DNA of 64,000 bases from Fimbriimonadales bacterium. GTDB taxonomy: Bacteria > Armatimonadota > Fimbriimonadia > Fimbriimonadales > JABRVX01. Below, one piece after another: positions 40,852 through 50,342 of the stretch. The notes beneath the pieces were generated by a model. That model was not told where the DNA came from, did no database searches, and saw only the letters and a program-made list of their open reading frames with translations. The stretch is from positions 64,001 through 128,000 of the forward strand of contig BTVI01000002.1 of NCBI GenBank assembly GCA_045862955.1, in the 5' to 3' direction. The position numbers and the translations under genes were made by a program. Within the stretch, counting starts at the first letter, position 1, and every line of letters starts with the position of its first letter.

Positions 40852-40924
40852 GCGGAGGTGCCGCAAGGTTGCGGGCCAGCGACTTCCATGATACGCTAGG
40901 GGTAGCCTCGCGACGACGTGGGAA

Positions 40925-41770
40925 TTGGTGAGCACGATGAGGATTGGCACTCTAACCGGACTGATGCTCGTTGCCAGTAACGCGTTCGCTGATAGCTGCG
41001 TGGAACTGGTGCGCTTCACGTCCTGCCCTCCAAGTGATGACGCGTCCGTGAGCTACGCGGCACAGTTCCTAGTCGCTTGCAGGGACGAGCCGGCAGACTA
41101 CGGCACAACCACCGCGGTGCTGTTTCGTCGGGCGGGCTATCGCGGCTATGAGACTCTGAGCCAGTGTACCAACTGGTTCTTCGGTATGCCCAAGTCCGCC
41201 TACTTCCAGGTCGACTCGAACTTCACACAACCTGGCATCTACGTGTTCCAGGCGGAGGCAGACCCCGCTTGCTCCGACGATCCGTGTGGAGACCCGCCCT
41301 GCAATCTCGACCGCTGTGAGGTTCGCTGGCGAGTTGCAGACATCGCGGTAGACGTGACGCTGCAGAACTACGCATTTAGCGGTCCTGTGACCCTGCGTGC
41401 GGAGCTTCGCGACCCTGTCAGTGGCGAGGAGGTTCGCCCGACCTGGCTCGTACCAGTTAGCAGCAACGGCACGGTGGTCCTCGACGAGGCCCCCTTCGGC
41501 AGCTGGAAGCTGCGGATCGGCACCCAGGGAGGGCAGTGGCTCAGTCGGGTGCAGGACGTGCTGATTGACAACCGAGCCTATCTGGCACCTGCGTTCTCGC
41601 TGCGGAACGGTGACGCTAACCGTGACGGCTGTGTGGATCTCGCGGACCTCAACTTCGTGTTGTTGCGGTTCGCCCAGACCGCTGGCCCCGCCGACCTCGA
41701 CAACGATGGGGAAGTAGGTGTGCCCGACTTGGCCATCGTGCTCGTGAACTTCACGCGCTGTTCGGAATAG
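40925..41770 (+). CDS. Secreted protein with C-terminal dockerin/EF-hand-like repeats
   Basis: Signal peptide; GDANRDGCVDLADL and ADLDNDGEVGVPDL. Confidence 0.7.
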   Translation: MVSTMRIGTLTGLMLVASNAFADSCVELVRFTSCPPSDDASVSYAAQFLVACRDEPADYGTTTAVLFRRAGYRGYETLSQCTNWFFGMPKSAYFQVDSNFTQPGIYVFQAEADPACSDDPCGDPPCNLDRCEVRWRVADIAVDVTLQNYAFSGPVTLRAELRDPVSGEEVRPTWLVPVSSNGTVVLDEAPFGSWKLRIGTQGGQWLSRVQDVLIDNRAYLAPAFSLRNGDANRDGCVDLADLNFVLLRFAQTAGPADLDNDGEVGVPDLAIVLVNFTRCSE

Positions 41771-41774
41771 CCAC

Positions 41775-43331
41775 CTAGTCGAGCACCTGGCGCACCGAAT
41801 CGATCACGGTTCCATCCACCCACTTGATCGCAGCGACGACTTTCTCACCGAGCTTCGGCCGCGCCGGAGGCCCGCCGCAGATGGCATCCACCTCTCGCTT
41901 GATGTCCTCCAGGGGTCGGATCGGAAGCGATGAGCACTTGACTGCGTCTATCAGATCCTGCCGCAGCGGATTGATGGCGATGCCCCGTTCGGTGACGATA
42001 ACATCGATCAGCTCCCCAGGCCCACACAGCGTAGTCACTTCGTCCAGGATGACGGGGATGCGGTCACGGAAGGACGGAATAGGTAGCATGGTGCACTTGG
42101 CAAAGAGGCAGTTCTGCCACCCACCTATTCCGTGCAGCAGTCGTCCGTCCGAGTGCGTAACGACGTTAGCGTTGAAGTTCAAGTCCACCTCGGTCGCACC
42201 CAGCACCGTTACGTCCACCATCGAGGCGAAGTTGCCCTTGCCGTGGTAGTTGTAACTCGTAAACGGGCTAGTGTTCACGTGGCGTGGGTTGTCCCTCATG
42301 GAGCGGACTCCGTCCAGATCGAACGTCTGCCCGTCCAGGATATATTCGACCAAACCCTCTTCGAGCATCTGCACGAGGTACTTGTTGCTGCCCCCTCGCG
42401 CGAACCTCGCCTTGATCCCCTTCTTCCTCATCATCTCGCCGAGGAAGATGGAGAAGGAGAGGGCAGTCCCGCCCGCGCCAGCCTGGAACGAGAACCCGTC
42501 GCGCACGATGCCTACCTCTTCGCAGAACCGCGCAGCCAACTCTGCTATTAGTAGCCGATCGGGACTGCGCGTGATCTGCGTCGTGCCGGAAACGATCTTC
42601 GCCGGCTCGCCGATGCGATCCATCACAACCACATAGTCCACGTAGTTGCCATGGATCTGCCACGGGATACAAGGAAACGGAACTAGGTTATCGGTGACCA
42701 CGATGACCTTATCTGCATACTGACTGTCCGCGAGTGCGAAACCTAGTAGACCACACGCCGAAGGTCCCGTCACGCCGTTTGCGTTGCCGAAGGGGTCCGC
42801 AGTCGGAGCCGCAATCACTGCTATATCGATATGAACCTCGCCATCCTGCACCGCTTGATAGCGGCCCCCATGCGACCGCAGCACTCCCAGTCCCCGCATC
42901 TTTCCCCGAGAGCAGTACTCTCCCAGCGGCCCATTGAGGCTGCCCTCGATGTGGTGGATCACACCCGATTCCATGTGGTCCACCATGCGCGCGTGGCAGG
43001 GGAACGATGCGCTGGGGAACCACATGAGGTCCTTCGCACCCAGCTCGGCAGCCGCGTCGAATACCGCGCAGGCCACCATGTCACCGTCCCGAAAGTGGTG
43101 GTGGGTGGAGATAGTCATCCCGTCGCGCAACCCACACGCCTGCAGCGCCTCGTGCAGCGAGCCGACCACCTTGTTGCCGTCGGCGGGGTAGTCGGCGCAA
43201 CTAGCAATGGGCGGTGCAGCCTTGCGACCCGATGGGCGATACTTACCCACTCCTTGGTAGGGAATGGCCTCTCTGCCGTTCACTTCGGTCGGAACCCATC
43301 GGCCTATCGCGTTTTGCACCAGCTCACTCAT
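41775..43331 (-). CDS. citF: Citrate lyase alpha subunit-like CoA/ACP transferase
   Basis: GLRDGMTISTHHHFRDGD, RSHGGR, FQAGAGG, LGATEVDLNFNANV, DVIVTERGIAINP, DGTVID. Confidence 0.9.
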   Translation of the reverse strand: MSELVQNAIGRWVPTEVNGREAIPYQGVGKYRPSGRKAAPPIASCADYPADGNKVVGSLHEALQACGLRDGMTISTHHHFRDGDMVACAVFDAAAELGAKDLMWFPSASFPCHARMVDHMESGVIHHIEGSLNGPLGEYCSRGKMRGLGVLRSHGGRYQAVQDGEVHIDIAVIAAPTADPFGNANGVTGPSACGLLGFALADSQYADKVIVVTDNLVPFPCIPWQIHGNYVDYVVVMDRIGEPAKIVSGTTQITRSPDRLLIAELAARFCEEVGIVRDGFSFQAGAGGTALSFSIFLGEMMRKKGIKARFARGGSNKYLVQMLEEGLVEYILDGQTFDLDGVRSMRDNPRHVNTSPFTSYNYHGKGNFASMVDVTVLGATEVDLNFNANVVTHSDGRLLHGIGGWQNCLFAKCTMLPIPSFRDRIPVILDEVTTLCGPGELIDVIVTERGIAINPLRQDLIDAVKCSSLPIRPLEDIKREVDAICGGPPARPKLGEKVVAAIKWVDGTVIDSVRQVLD

Positions 43332-44529
43332 TGGCAGTCTCTCTCCAGTTCTCAGGTATCAAGCCGCACGCTACGGCCAATTTCACGGTGCGGAGCGCAC
43401 GCTTGACGACGGGAGGATCGATCATCTTGCTGCCCAGCGCTACGACACCTAGACCCTTCGCCGTAGCATCTTCATACGCTGTTACGATTCGCTTGGCCCT
43501 CTCGACAGCCTCCGGCGACGGGGCGAACTCCTCGTGAATGGGACGTATCTGGCGTGGGTGGATACAGCCCTTGCCTTCGAAGCCGAGAGCTTTCGCTTCG
43601 CGCACGCTGGCCCGCAGACCTGCCTCATCGTCGATGTCGGAAAACACCGTGTCGATCGGCTGGATGCCTGCGGCTCTCGCTGCGTTTAAGACCTGGGAGC
43701 GCGCCCAAAAGCTTTCGCGACCTTCGGCGGTACGTTCCGCACCTATGTCTGCCGTATAGTCCTCCAAGCCGATGGCCAAGGCACACACGGAGCGGCATGC
43801 CGACGCGATCTCGTAGGCACGGAAAGCGCCCAGTGCGCTCTCGATGATAGGCATTAGATAGGTATCGGAGGCGCCGGACTCGCGCATCGCTTCGTCCACT
43901 TCGCGCACCTGCTCTGCGCTCTCGCACTTCGGGATCAGCACGACATGCACGTTGTGCGGGGCGATCACCCGGATGTCTTCCAGGCCGAGTGGCAGCTGAT
44001 TGATACGTACCATTCGCTCGCCACTGCCAAAATCCACCTGCCGGAGTGCGTTGCGAACCAGGAGACGTGCGGAGTCCTTCTCGGTGGGGGCCACGCTGTC
44101 TTCCAGGTCTAAGATATAGCCGTCTGCGCCGTGGAGGCCGGCGTTCGTGAAGAACTTCGGCTCCCCGCCAGGCAGGTACAGCCGCGAGCGTCGGAACCGC
44201 TCCTTCTCAGTAGGGACTTGCGTACACGGTAGAGCCTCCGGCAGCCAAGTGTTCGTATTCAGTGGGTCCGCGCGCTTGACCGCGGCTTCCAACCGAGCAG
44301 CTATCACGTAAGGTAGCGCACCGTAATCTTGCATGGTCACCTTCGCGTGGTGCACTCCCAGCTCGCCCAGCACGTCGCGGACGAAAGAGCGGATGGAGTC
44401 TCCGTACATCGACTCGACGCGGGTCGTCACATCCACTTCGAGCGGCCCACCATCACGCAGCTCGATGGACACCCAACAATCCGATCGTACGCGGTCGCCT
44501 TGACGCCCAGCAGTGCCAGTCCCACTCAT
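43324..44529 (-). CDS. Fusion of CitD (ACP)-like domain and CitE (citryl-CoA lyase)-like domain
   Basis: N-terminal ~90 aa: AG..SDC.V..., VESMYGDSIR, DYGALPYVIAARLEAAVKRA (CitD); C-terminal RRSRLYLPG, LDLEDSVAP, VRIN, IES, GLEDYTAD, GFEGKGCIHPRQI, KMIDPP (CitE). Confidence 0.88.
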   Translation of the reverse strand: MSGTGTAGRQGDRVRSDCWVSIELRDGGPLEVDVTTRVESMYGDSIRSFVRDVLGELGVHHAKVTMQDYGALPYVIAARLEAAVKRADPLNTNTWLPEALPCTQVPTEKERFRRSRLYLPGGEPKFFTNAGLHGADGYILDLEDSVAPTEKDSARLLVRNALRQVDFGSGERMVRINQLPLGLEDIRVIAPHNVHVVLIPKCESAEQVREVDEAMRESGASDTYLMPIIESALGAFRAYEIASACRSVCALAIGLEDYTADIGAERTAEGRESFWARSQVLNAARAAGIQPIDTVFSDIDDEAGLRASVREAKALGFEGKGCIHPRQIRPIHEEFAPSPEAVERAKRIVTAYEDATAKGLGVVALGSKMIDPPVVKRALRTVKLAVACGLIPENWRETANE

Positions 44530-45020
44530 GCCATGCCCCTCTCGCGCTCGAGCTTCTGTAGCGTGTAGTTGAGCAGGCCCCCTGCATCACGTATTGCGAG
44601 CATCTCGTCCGGCAGTCCTGGGAACCGGTAACTCGATTCGCCGACCGTGATCACGCCCTCGCGCGCATCAATCTCTACCTTGTCACCTTCGCGATAGGCA
44701 TAGACCGCCTCAGAGCATTCTACTAACAGCAGGCCCTGATTGAGGGCGGCACGGTAGAAGATGCGTGAGAAGCTACCTGCTACCACCGCCTGAATGCCAA
44801 CGGCGCGCAGACCTATCACGGGTTGCTCACGCGAGCTGCCACATCCGAAGTTCTTACCAGCCATGATGATGTCACCCTCGCGCACCCCTTCGGCGAACTC
44901 CGGGTCGAGATCCTCTAGCAAGTGCGGACGGATTTCGTCTGGCGTAGCACATGTGTAGGTGTACTTGCCGGGAAACAGCAGATCGGTATTGATGTCGTCT
45001 CCGTACTTCCACACCCTCAT
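44526..45020 (-). CDS. Homoaconitase / isopropylmalate isomerase small subunit
   Basis: DDINTDLLFPGKYTY, NFGCGSSREQ, SFSRIFYR..LNQG. Confidence 0.9.
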   Translation of the reverse strand: MRVWKYGDDINTDLLFPGKYTYTCATPDEIRPHLLEDLDPEFAEGVREGDIIMAGKNFGCGSSREQPVIGLRAVGIQAVVAGSFSRIFYRAALNQGLLLVECSEAVYAYREGDKVEIDAREGVITVGESSYRFPGLPDEMLAIRDAGGLLNYTLQKLERERGMA

Positions 45021-46276
45021 GCCTCATACTCCTCGCGGGGGTCGGTGATCCTGCCATGGATCGCGCTGGCTGCGACCGTAGCAGGACTCGCCAGATAGAT
45101 GTCGGCCTCCACGCATCCCATACGGCCCCGGAAGTTCCGGTTGGCGGTGCTGATGCACGCCTCGCCCGGTGCCAGCACTCCCTGGTGAGCCCCCATGCAA
45201 GGACCGCAGCCCGATGGCAAGATCAGCGAACCAGCTGCGCTCAACACTGCGATGGTGCCGTCGGCCAGCGCCTCGTCCAGCACCTTCTTACTTGCGGGCA
45301 CGGTAAGCATGCGGCAGTCGGGCGAGATCCTCCGGCCCTTCAGGATTCGCGCGGCCTCGTGCAGGTCGCTGAGCCGCCCATTGGTGCATGTGCCGAGAAA
45401 GGCCTGATGGATCGCGACGTCTCCCAGCTCGGCAGCAGGGCGCACGTTGTCCACCCGATGCGGGATTGCCACCAGGGGGACCAGCGAATCCAGGTCGAAC
45501 GAGTACTCTGCCACGTACTTGGCGTCTGCGTCCGCCCATAGCGGCTCGCCCGTTGCGCGATGGCCGCTCATATACTCGAGGGCGATCTCGTCCACTGGGA
45601 ATGCAGCGTTCTTCGCACCCATCTCCACAGCCATGTTACAAATCGCGATGCGGTCGTCCATGGTGAGTCCATCTACCGCACCGTGAAACTCGACCGAGCA
45701 GTAGTTGGCACCGTCCGCACCCATCTCGCGGATGATTGCCAACATCAGGTCCTTAGCTGCCACGGGCGGGCGTAGCCTGCCGGACAGCGTGATCTTGATG
45801 GAGTGAGGTACCCGCAACCATGTCTCACCCGTGAGCAAGAGGCATGCTGCCTCGGTGCGGTCGATACCCGTGCTGAATGCGCCGATGGCGCCATAAGTAC
45901 AAGTATGCGAGTCCGATCCCACGATGAGCTTGCCGGGACCCGCGAGGCCCTCTTCCATCACCAGCTGATGACATATACCCATACCGACATCGTAGAAGTG
46001 CCGGATGCCTTGCGACTTGACGAACTCCCGAACCGCCTTGTGCTGAGCGGCTGCTTTCTCGTTAGCGGCAGGAGACACATGATCGAGCACGATGATAGGC
46101 AGCTCTGGATCGCAGACGCCGTACTTCAGCAGCTCGTTCTCCACCTTCTTGATGATCGGTGCCGTGTTGTCATGGGTGAGCAAGTGATCCGGACGAACGG
46201 TGACCACCTGGCCCGGAACCACTGCATCATGGCCAGACGCCCTAGCTAGCACTTTCTCGGCAAACGTCATTCCCAC
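45017..46276 (-). CDS. Homoaconitase / isopropylmalate isomerase large subunit
   Basis: THDN, LDH, GICHQ, DSHTCTYG, GTCTNGR, CGPCMG, STANRNF.GRMG, YLASP. Confidence 0.92.
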   Translation of the reverse strand: MGMTFAEKVLARASGHDAVVPGQVVTVRPDHLLTHDNTAPIIKKVENELLKYGVCDPELPIIVLDHVSPAANEKAAAQHKAVREFVKSQGIRHFYDVGMGICHQLVMEEGLAGPGKLIVGSDSHTCTYGAIGAFSTGIDRTEAACLLLTGETWLRVPHSIKITLSGRLRPPVAAKDLMLAIIREMGADGANYCSVEFHGAVDGLTMDDRIAICNMAVEMGAKNAAFPVDEIALEYMSGHRATGEPLWADADAKYVAEYSFDLDSLVPLVAIPHRVDNVRPAAELGDVAIHQAFLGTCTNGRLSDLHEAARILKGRRISPDCRMLTVPASKKVLDEALADGTIAVLSAAGSLILPSGCGPCMGAHQGVLAPGEACISTANRNFRGRMGCVEADIYLASPATVAASAIHGRITDPREEYEA

Positions 46277-46286
46277 GATACGACTC

Positions 46287-46862
46287 CTATTCGATCAGCC
46301 TGCCCGCTTTACGGAACACGAAGGGGTCGAAGGCCGCGAAGTCCGCCTGGTGGATGAAGATAGTTTCTACTACCTGCGGACGTCCATCGCCCTCCTTGGA
46401 GTGGCAGACGATGATGTTGATGATCTCCTCGGGCAGCCCGACGACCGCCGCTAGCCATGCACCGGAAATGGGATGGCGCGCGCAGCGACCGGTGTGGCTC
46501 ATCCGATACCCGCCCTGTCCGTCTGGCTCGATCTCGAGCAGCTTGCCCACGTCGTGCACCAGTCCGCCCGCGATCAGTCGATCCATGTCCACGTGGTAGG
46601 GCATCTTGTCATAGGCTCGCCGTTGTGCCTCGGCTAAGGCAACAGCGCCCTCTGTAACCGCAATAGTGTGCTGGATGAAATTAATGCCCTCTGCATCTAC
46701 CAAGAGAGTAAAGGGCATGTTGCGCACGTCCTCGATACTGTTCCAATTGCCGCGCTTGCACGCCAGCAGCCACGTGTCAACCACCTTACGCCTCAGTTCT
46801 TCGTTTTCTATCCGCTGCAACTGGGAACGGAAGAGGTCTTCGATCTCGGTTCTGGTTATCAT
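46287..46862 (-). CDS. HD-domain phosphohydrolase
   Basis: QHT...HDVGK...HPISG...CHS...HQAD metal-binding pattern. Confidence 0.85.
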   Translation of the reverse strand: MITRTEIEDLFRSQLQRIENEELRRKVVDTWLLACKRGNWNSIEDVRNMPFTLLVDAEGINFIQHTIAVTEGAVALAEAQRRAYDKMPYHVDMDRLIAGGLVHDVGKLLEIEPDGQGGYRMSHTGRCARHPISGAWLAAVVGLPEEIINIIVCHSKEGDGRPQVVETIFIHQADFAAFDPFVFRKAGRLIE

Positions 46863-46901
46863 GTCATTGGTCCCGTCGAGTGTATTCTTGGCCGAGTGTC
46901 C

Positions 46902-48086
46902 CTACAGGTTGGCGATGATGGCATCCGTCATCTCATAGGTGCTAGCGGCTCCCTGCGCGAGCGCCTCCGGGCCGCCGCGCAGCTTCAGCATGTCATAGGT
47001 TCGCACTTTGCCTTCCTGGACCACCGCGGCGATGGCTAACCGAATGCGAGCGGCACGCGAATCCTCCCCTATGTGATCCAGCATCATGCACGCGCTCAGG
47101 ATCATGGCTATGGGGTTCACGATAGGTGGATCGAGATGTGCGTACTTCGGTGCGGAGCCGTGAGTGGGTTCGAATACCGCCACCTCTTCTCCGAGGTTCG
47201 CACTGCACGCGAATCCCAACCCGCCGACCAGCCCCGCAAATGCATCCGACACGATGTCGCCGAAGAGGTTGCCGCAAACGATCACACCATAGTCTTCGGG
47301 GTTCTTTGTGAGCCACATAAGCTGTGCATCGATGTTCGTGTCCCAAAGCTGGATCTCCGGAAATCCCAACGCGATTCGCTCGGCCTCCGTCATCATCATG
47401 CCGCTCGTCTCGCGCAGCACGTTCGGCTTCTCGCACACGGTGACGGACTTGTACCGGTGTTTGCGTGCATACTCGAATGCCGCAGAGATGATACGTTGGC
47501 TCGCCTTGCGCGTAATGATGCGGCAGGAGATGGCCAGGTCCTCGCTCGGTGTGTCGGAAAATGCTTGCATCTTCGGATGAGTCTCGAGGGCTGCTCGGAC
47601 GCGGTCGGGCGGGTTGGTCCACTCCACCCCGCAGTACTCGCCCTCTGTGTTCTGCCGGAACACCACGACGTCTACGTGCGGCTCTTCGATGCCGGACACG
47701 CCTTTGCGCACGAAGTTGAGCGGGTTGCCCGGGAACGAACGACACGGACGGATGCAGATGTCCAGGTTGAAACGCTGGCGCATCGTGACGATCGGGCTGT
47801 AATAAGTGTAGCCCTTGTCTTGCAGCTCGGGAGCCAGCTCGGCCTTCGCCGCCGCTTTCGGCTTCGAGGTGATCGCGCCAAACAGCCCGAGCTTATGCTC
47901 GGCGAGAAGCTCGATCGTCCGTTCGGGAAGTGCGTTGCCCTCCTTGCACCAGAACTCCCAGCCGATGTCGCCGTGAACGTATTCGGCCTCGAACCCCGCC
48001 GCACGAAGAACCTTGAGAGCGCAAGGCATTACTACCTTGCCGATGCCGTCCCCCGGCATCGTTACGACCGTCCGATGCGCCATCAC
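46902..48086 (-). CDS. Isocitrate/isopropylmalate/homoisocitrate dehydrogenase family protein
   Basis: PGDGIG, LFGAITS, YYSPIVTMR, RQNTEGEY, KPNVL, NLFGDIVSD..AGLVGGLG, FEPTHGSAP. Confidence 0.92.
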   Translation of the reverse strand: MMAHRTVVTMPGDGIGKVVMPCALKVLRAAGFEAEYVHGDIGWEFWCKEGNALPERTIELLAEHKLGLFGAITSKPKAAAKAELAPELQDKGYTYYSPIVTMRQRFNLDICIRPCRSFPGNPLNFVRKGVSGIEEPHVDVVVFRQNTEGEYCGVEWTNPPDRVRAALETHPKMQAFSDTPSEDLAISCRIITRKASQRIISAAFEYARKHRYKSVTVCEKPNVLRETSGMMMTEAERIALGFPEIQLWDTNIDAQLMWLTKNPEDYGVIVCGNLFGDIVSDAFAGLVGGLGFACSANLGEEVAVFEPTHGSAPKYAHLDPPIVNPIAMILSACMMLDHIGEDSRAARIRLAIAAVVQEGKVRTYDMLKLRGGPEALAQGAASTYEMTDAIIANL

Positions 48087-48244
48087 TCCTCCTCCATCGC
48101 CGCTGCGGAGCGGTCTCGCGACGCGGAGGGGGAAAGACGCAAGAACCTGAGGCGGAGCGCCCTCGATCGTTGCTGTTCCCGGCCTCGCCGTTGAGACCCG
48201 TCAGCGTGCCGGGATTTTACCCAGTTGCAATCGTGCGAAACGAC

Positions 48245-49492
48245 CTAGCGCTTGCGAGCCGGAATTAAATACACCTGATCGAGCCAAAGAGCGTAGTCTA
48301 TGGCCGCAGGCAGGTTCTCTTCGCAAGTCGGGATGATCTGCTCCTTGGGAAGCACGAAACCGTACTCGCCGGTGTCGCGCAGCTCGATAGTGATCGCCCG
48401 CGTGCCTGCGACCGCATAGGACCAATCGAGGCTGCAGCCCGATGCGAGATAGAGCGAACCGCCCACGCTGCCGTAGTCGTACACCATGCCGTGGACCTGG
48501 TTGATGAGCGTCGCCATGCGCCCCGTCGCCGAGAGGAATGCCGCATAGTCGGGGCACTGCGCCGACGTGTAGCCCCAAGGAAAGAGGATGAGCTGGCTAT
48601 AGCTGTGGTAGTCGAGGTGCCCCTTGACCCGCGGGTTGGCTAGCAGGAAGTCTCGCACCGCGCGCGTTTCCGGCTCGGAAAAAGGCGATGGACCTCGGTA
48701 GGTCTCGCTCGAGGTGTTGCCACTCGACCCGTCTCCGCCCCACATGTAGCCCCAGTTGCGGTTGAGGTCCACACCGTAGGTGCCATCCCCGTTGTTCCTG
48801 CGGTTCTTGCGCCACATGCGGTTATTGGTCCACGTGTAGCGATAGCCGTCGGGGTTCATCACAGGCATGCAGTACACGTCCATGTGATTCAAGATGTCCG
48901 TCGCTCGTTTGTCCACACCGTAGTTCGTCAAGAGGTAGTTGGCGATGTAGAGGACCACCGGCGGACTGATCCACTCCCGCGCGTGCTCCGCGCCGTGGTA
49001 CAGAACTCCCAGCTTCTTGCTTCCGTATGCGTCGGTCTGGTTGACGCCCGTCGAGAGGCGCAACACGTAGATGGGCCGGTTCTGAACGCTCGTACCGACC
49101 TGGATGCGCTTCGCCAGAGCAGGGTATTGCTGTTCCCAAGCCAAGAGCTGATCGTTGATTTGGTCGAGGGTCAGGTAGTCGTCGAAGATGCCCTGGGCCT
49201 GCACGTCCGACTTCTGGGAGTCGATCAGCTTCTGGAGGTCTTCGATCAGCACCATGTAGGGAATGCGAGCCTGCTCAACCCGCTTGAGCTGCTCGGGCGT
49301 AACTCGCACGTCTACGGGGCCGAGATCCGGTCGCTCCGACCAGAAGTCCACGTTCAGCTTCTCCAGAAAGGTCAGCTGCGAGGGCTTGGTGATGTAGGTT
49401 CGGATGACCTTGTGGCCGTGGAACTCGACCTGCTGCGCGAAGACGCAAGCAGCGAAAACCAGGACCAGCAACGCGACGAGCGCTCTCTTCAT
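48245..49492 (-). CDS. Secreted M14 zinc carboxypeptidase (carboxypeptidase T-like) with propeptide
   Basis: GGAGG RBS; signal peptide MKRALVALL; HAREW, WRKNR, DLNRN, FSEPET, DYHSY, IELR. Confidence 0.92.
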   Translation of the reverse strand: MKRALVALLVLVFAACVFAQQVEFHGHKVIRTYITKPSQLTFLEKLNVDFWSERPDLGPVDVRVTPEQLKRVEQARIPYMVLIEDLQKLIDSQKSDVQAQGIFDDYLTLDQINDQLLAWEQQYPALAKRIQVGTSVQNRPIYVLRLSTGVNQTDAYGSKKLGVLYHGAEHAREWISPPVVLYIANYLLTNYGVDKRATDILNHMDVYCMPVMNPDGYRYTWTNNRMWRKNRRNNGDGTYGVDLNRNWGYMWGGDGSSGNTSSETYRGPSPFSEPETRAVRDFLLANPRVKGHLDYHSYSQLILFPWGYTSAQCPDYAAFLSATGRMATLINQVHGMVYDYGSVGGSLYLASGCSLDWSYAVAGTRAITIELRDTGEYGFVLPKEQIIPTCEENLPAAIDYALWLDQVYLIPARKR

Positions 49493-49663
49493 CGATTCCA
49501 CCTCCGGCGGTGGGCGTGGCACTACGCCCGGCCTCTTCACGGGCCATTCACTCAAACAATCCCTGCCCTCCACCGGTTCCCGGTGCAGCGACGACGATGA
49601 GTGCAGTGGGCCTCGAGAGTCGCCAGCGACGGCGCCTCGGTGCAGGGCGTTCGACTCCGGCTG

Positions 49664-50308
49664 CTAGTTGCGACCCGATTTGGTTACCAACTCAGGATGC
49701 CACTTCATGCTGCCGTCGAGCAATAGGCCGTTGCCCCCGCGGCCGTGCGCCGTCAGTCCGAAGTCGGAGTCGGCAGGCAGCGCGACCCAGTCGCCGATGT
49801 AGTAGGTCTCGCTTGGGCCGGTCCTCAACTTCGAGACGCGAATGGCGAGCGTACCGTTGGGGCCCCTATACTTGCGAAGGTACAGTAGAAGATGCGACAT
49901 CTGATAGCTCGTATATTGCTGCCGGTGGTCCTCGGGGTGGTCGTACTCCGCAATGAACTCGGTGCCGCGGTGGCTGTCGGCGGGGCACCAAAACACCTCG
50001 TGCGATCTCGTATAGGTGCTGAGGGAGTCTCTCCAGTCCTTGGGTCGTCCGACAACGGGAGTACTCAGCACTTTCGCGCGCTCACCCAGTTCCTTGACGG
50101 ACTGAAGCGAGTGGCACGGAAGCCAGCCCTGGTGGTCGTCCGCGTACATGATGACCGCCTTGCCGATCTGGCCCAGGTTGCTGCCGCAGCCGGAGACGAG
50201 GCTGCGTGCGCGAACCAAGTTCGAGACCGGCATTGCGACTGCGATGAGCGCAAGGATGATGACCACGACGACCAAGAGCTCGACAAGCGTGAAGGCGCCT
50301 GCTCTCAT
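49664..50308 (-). CDS. Prepilin-type N-terminal cleavage/methylation protein (DUF1559-like, H-X9-DG)
   Basis: GAFTLVELLVVVVII; CGSNLGQIGKAVIMYADD; FWCPAD; C-terminal HGRGGNGLLLDG. Confidence 0.88.
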   Translation of the reverse strand: MRAGAFTLVELLVVVVIILALIAVAMPVSNLVRARSLVSGCGSNLGQIGKAVIMYADDHQGWLPCHSLQSVKELGERAKVLSTPVVGRPKDWRDSLSTYTRSHEVFWCPADSHRGTEFIAEYDHPEDHRQQYTSYQMSHLLLYLRKYRGPNGTLAIRVSKLRTGPSETYYIGDWVALPADSDFGLTAHGRGGNGLLLDGSMKWHPELVTKSGRN

Positions 50309-50342
50309 ACCTCACCTCACTTGACTGGGCGATCCCTAGTCC

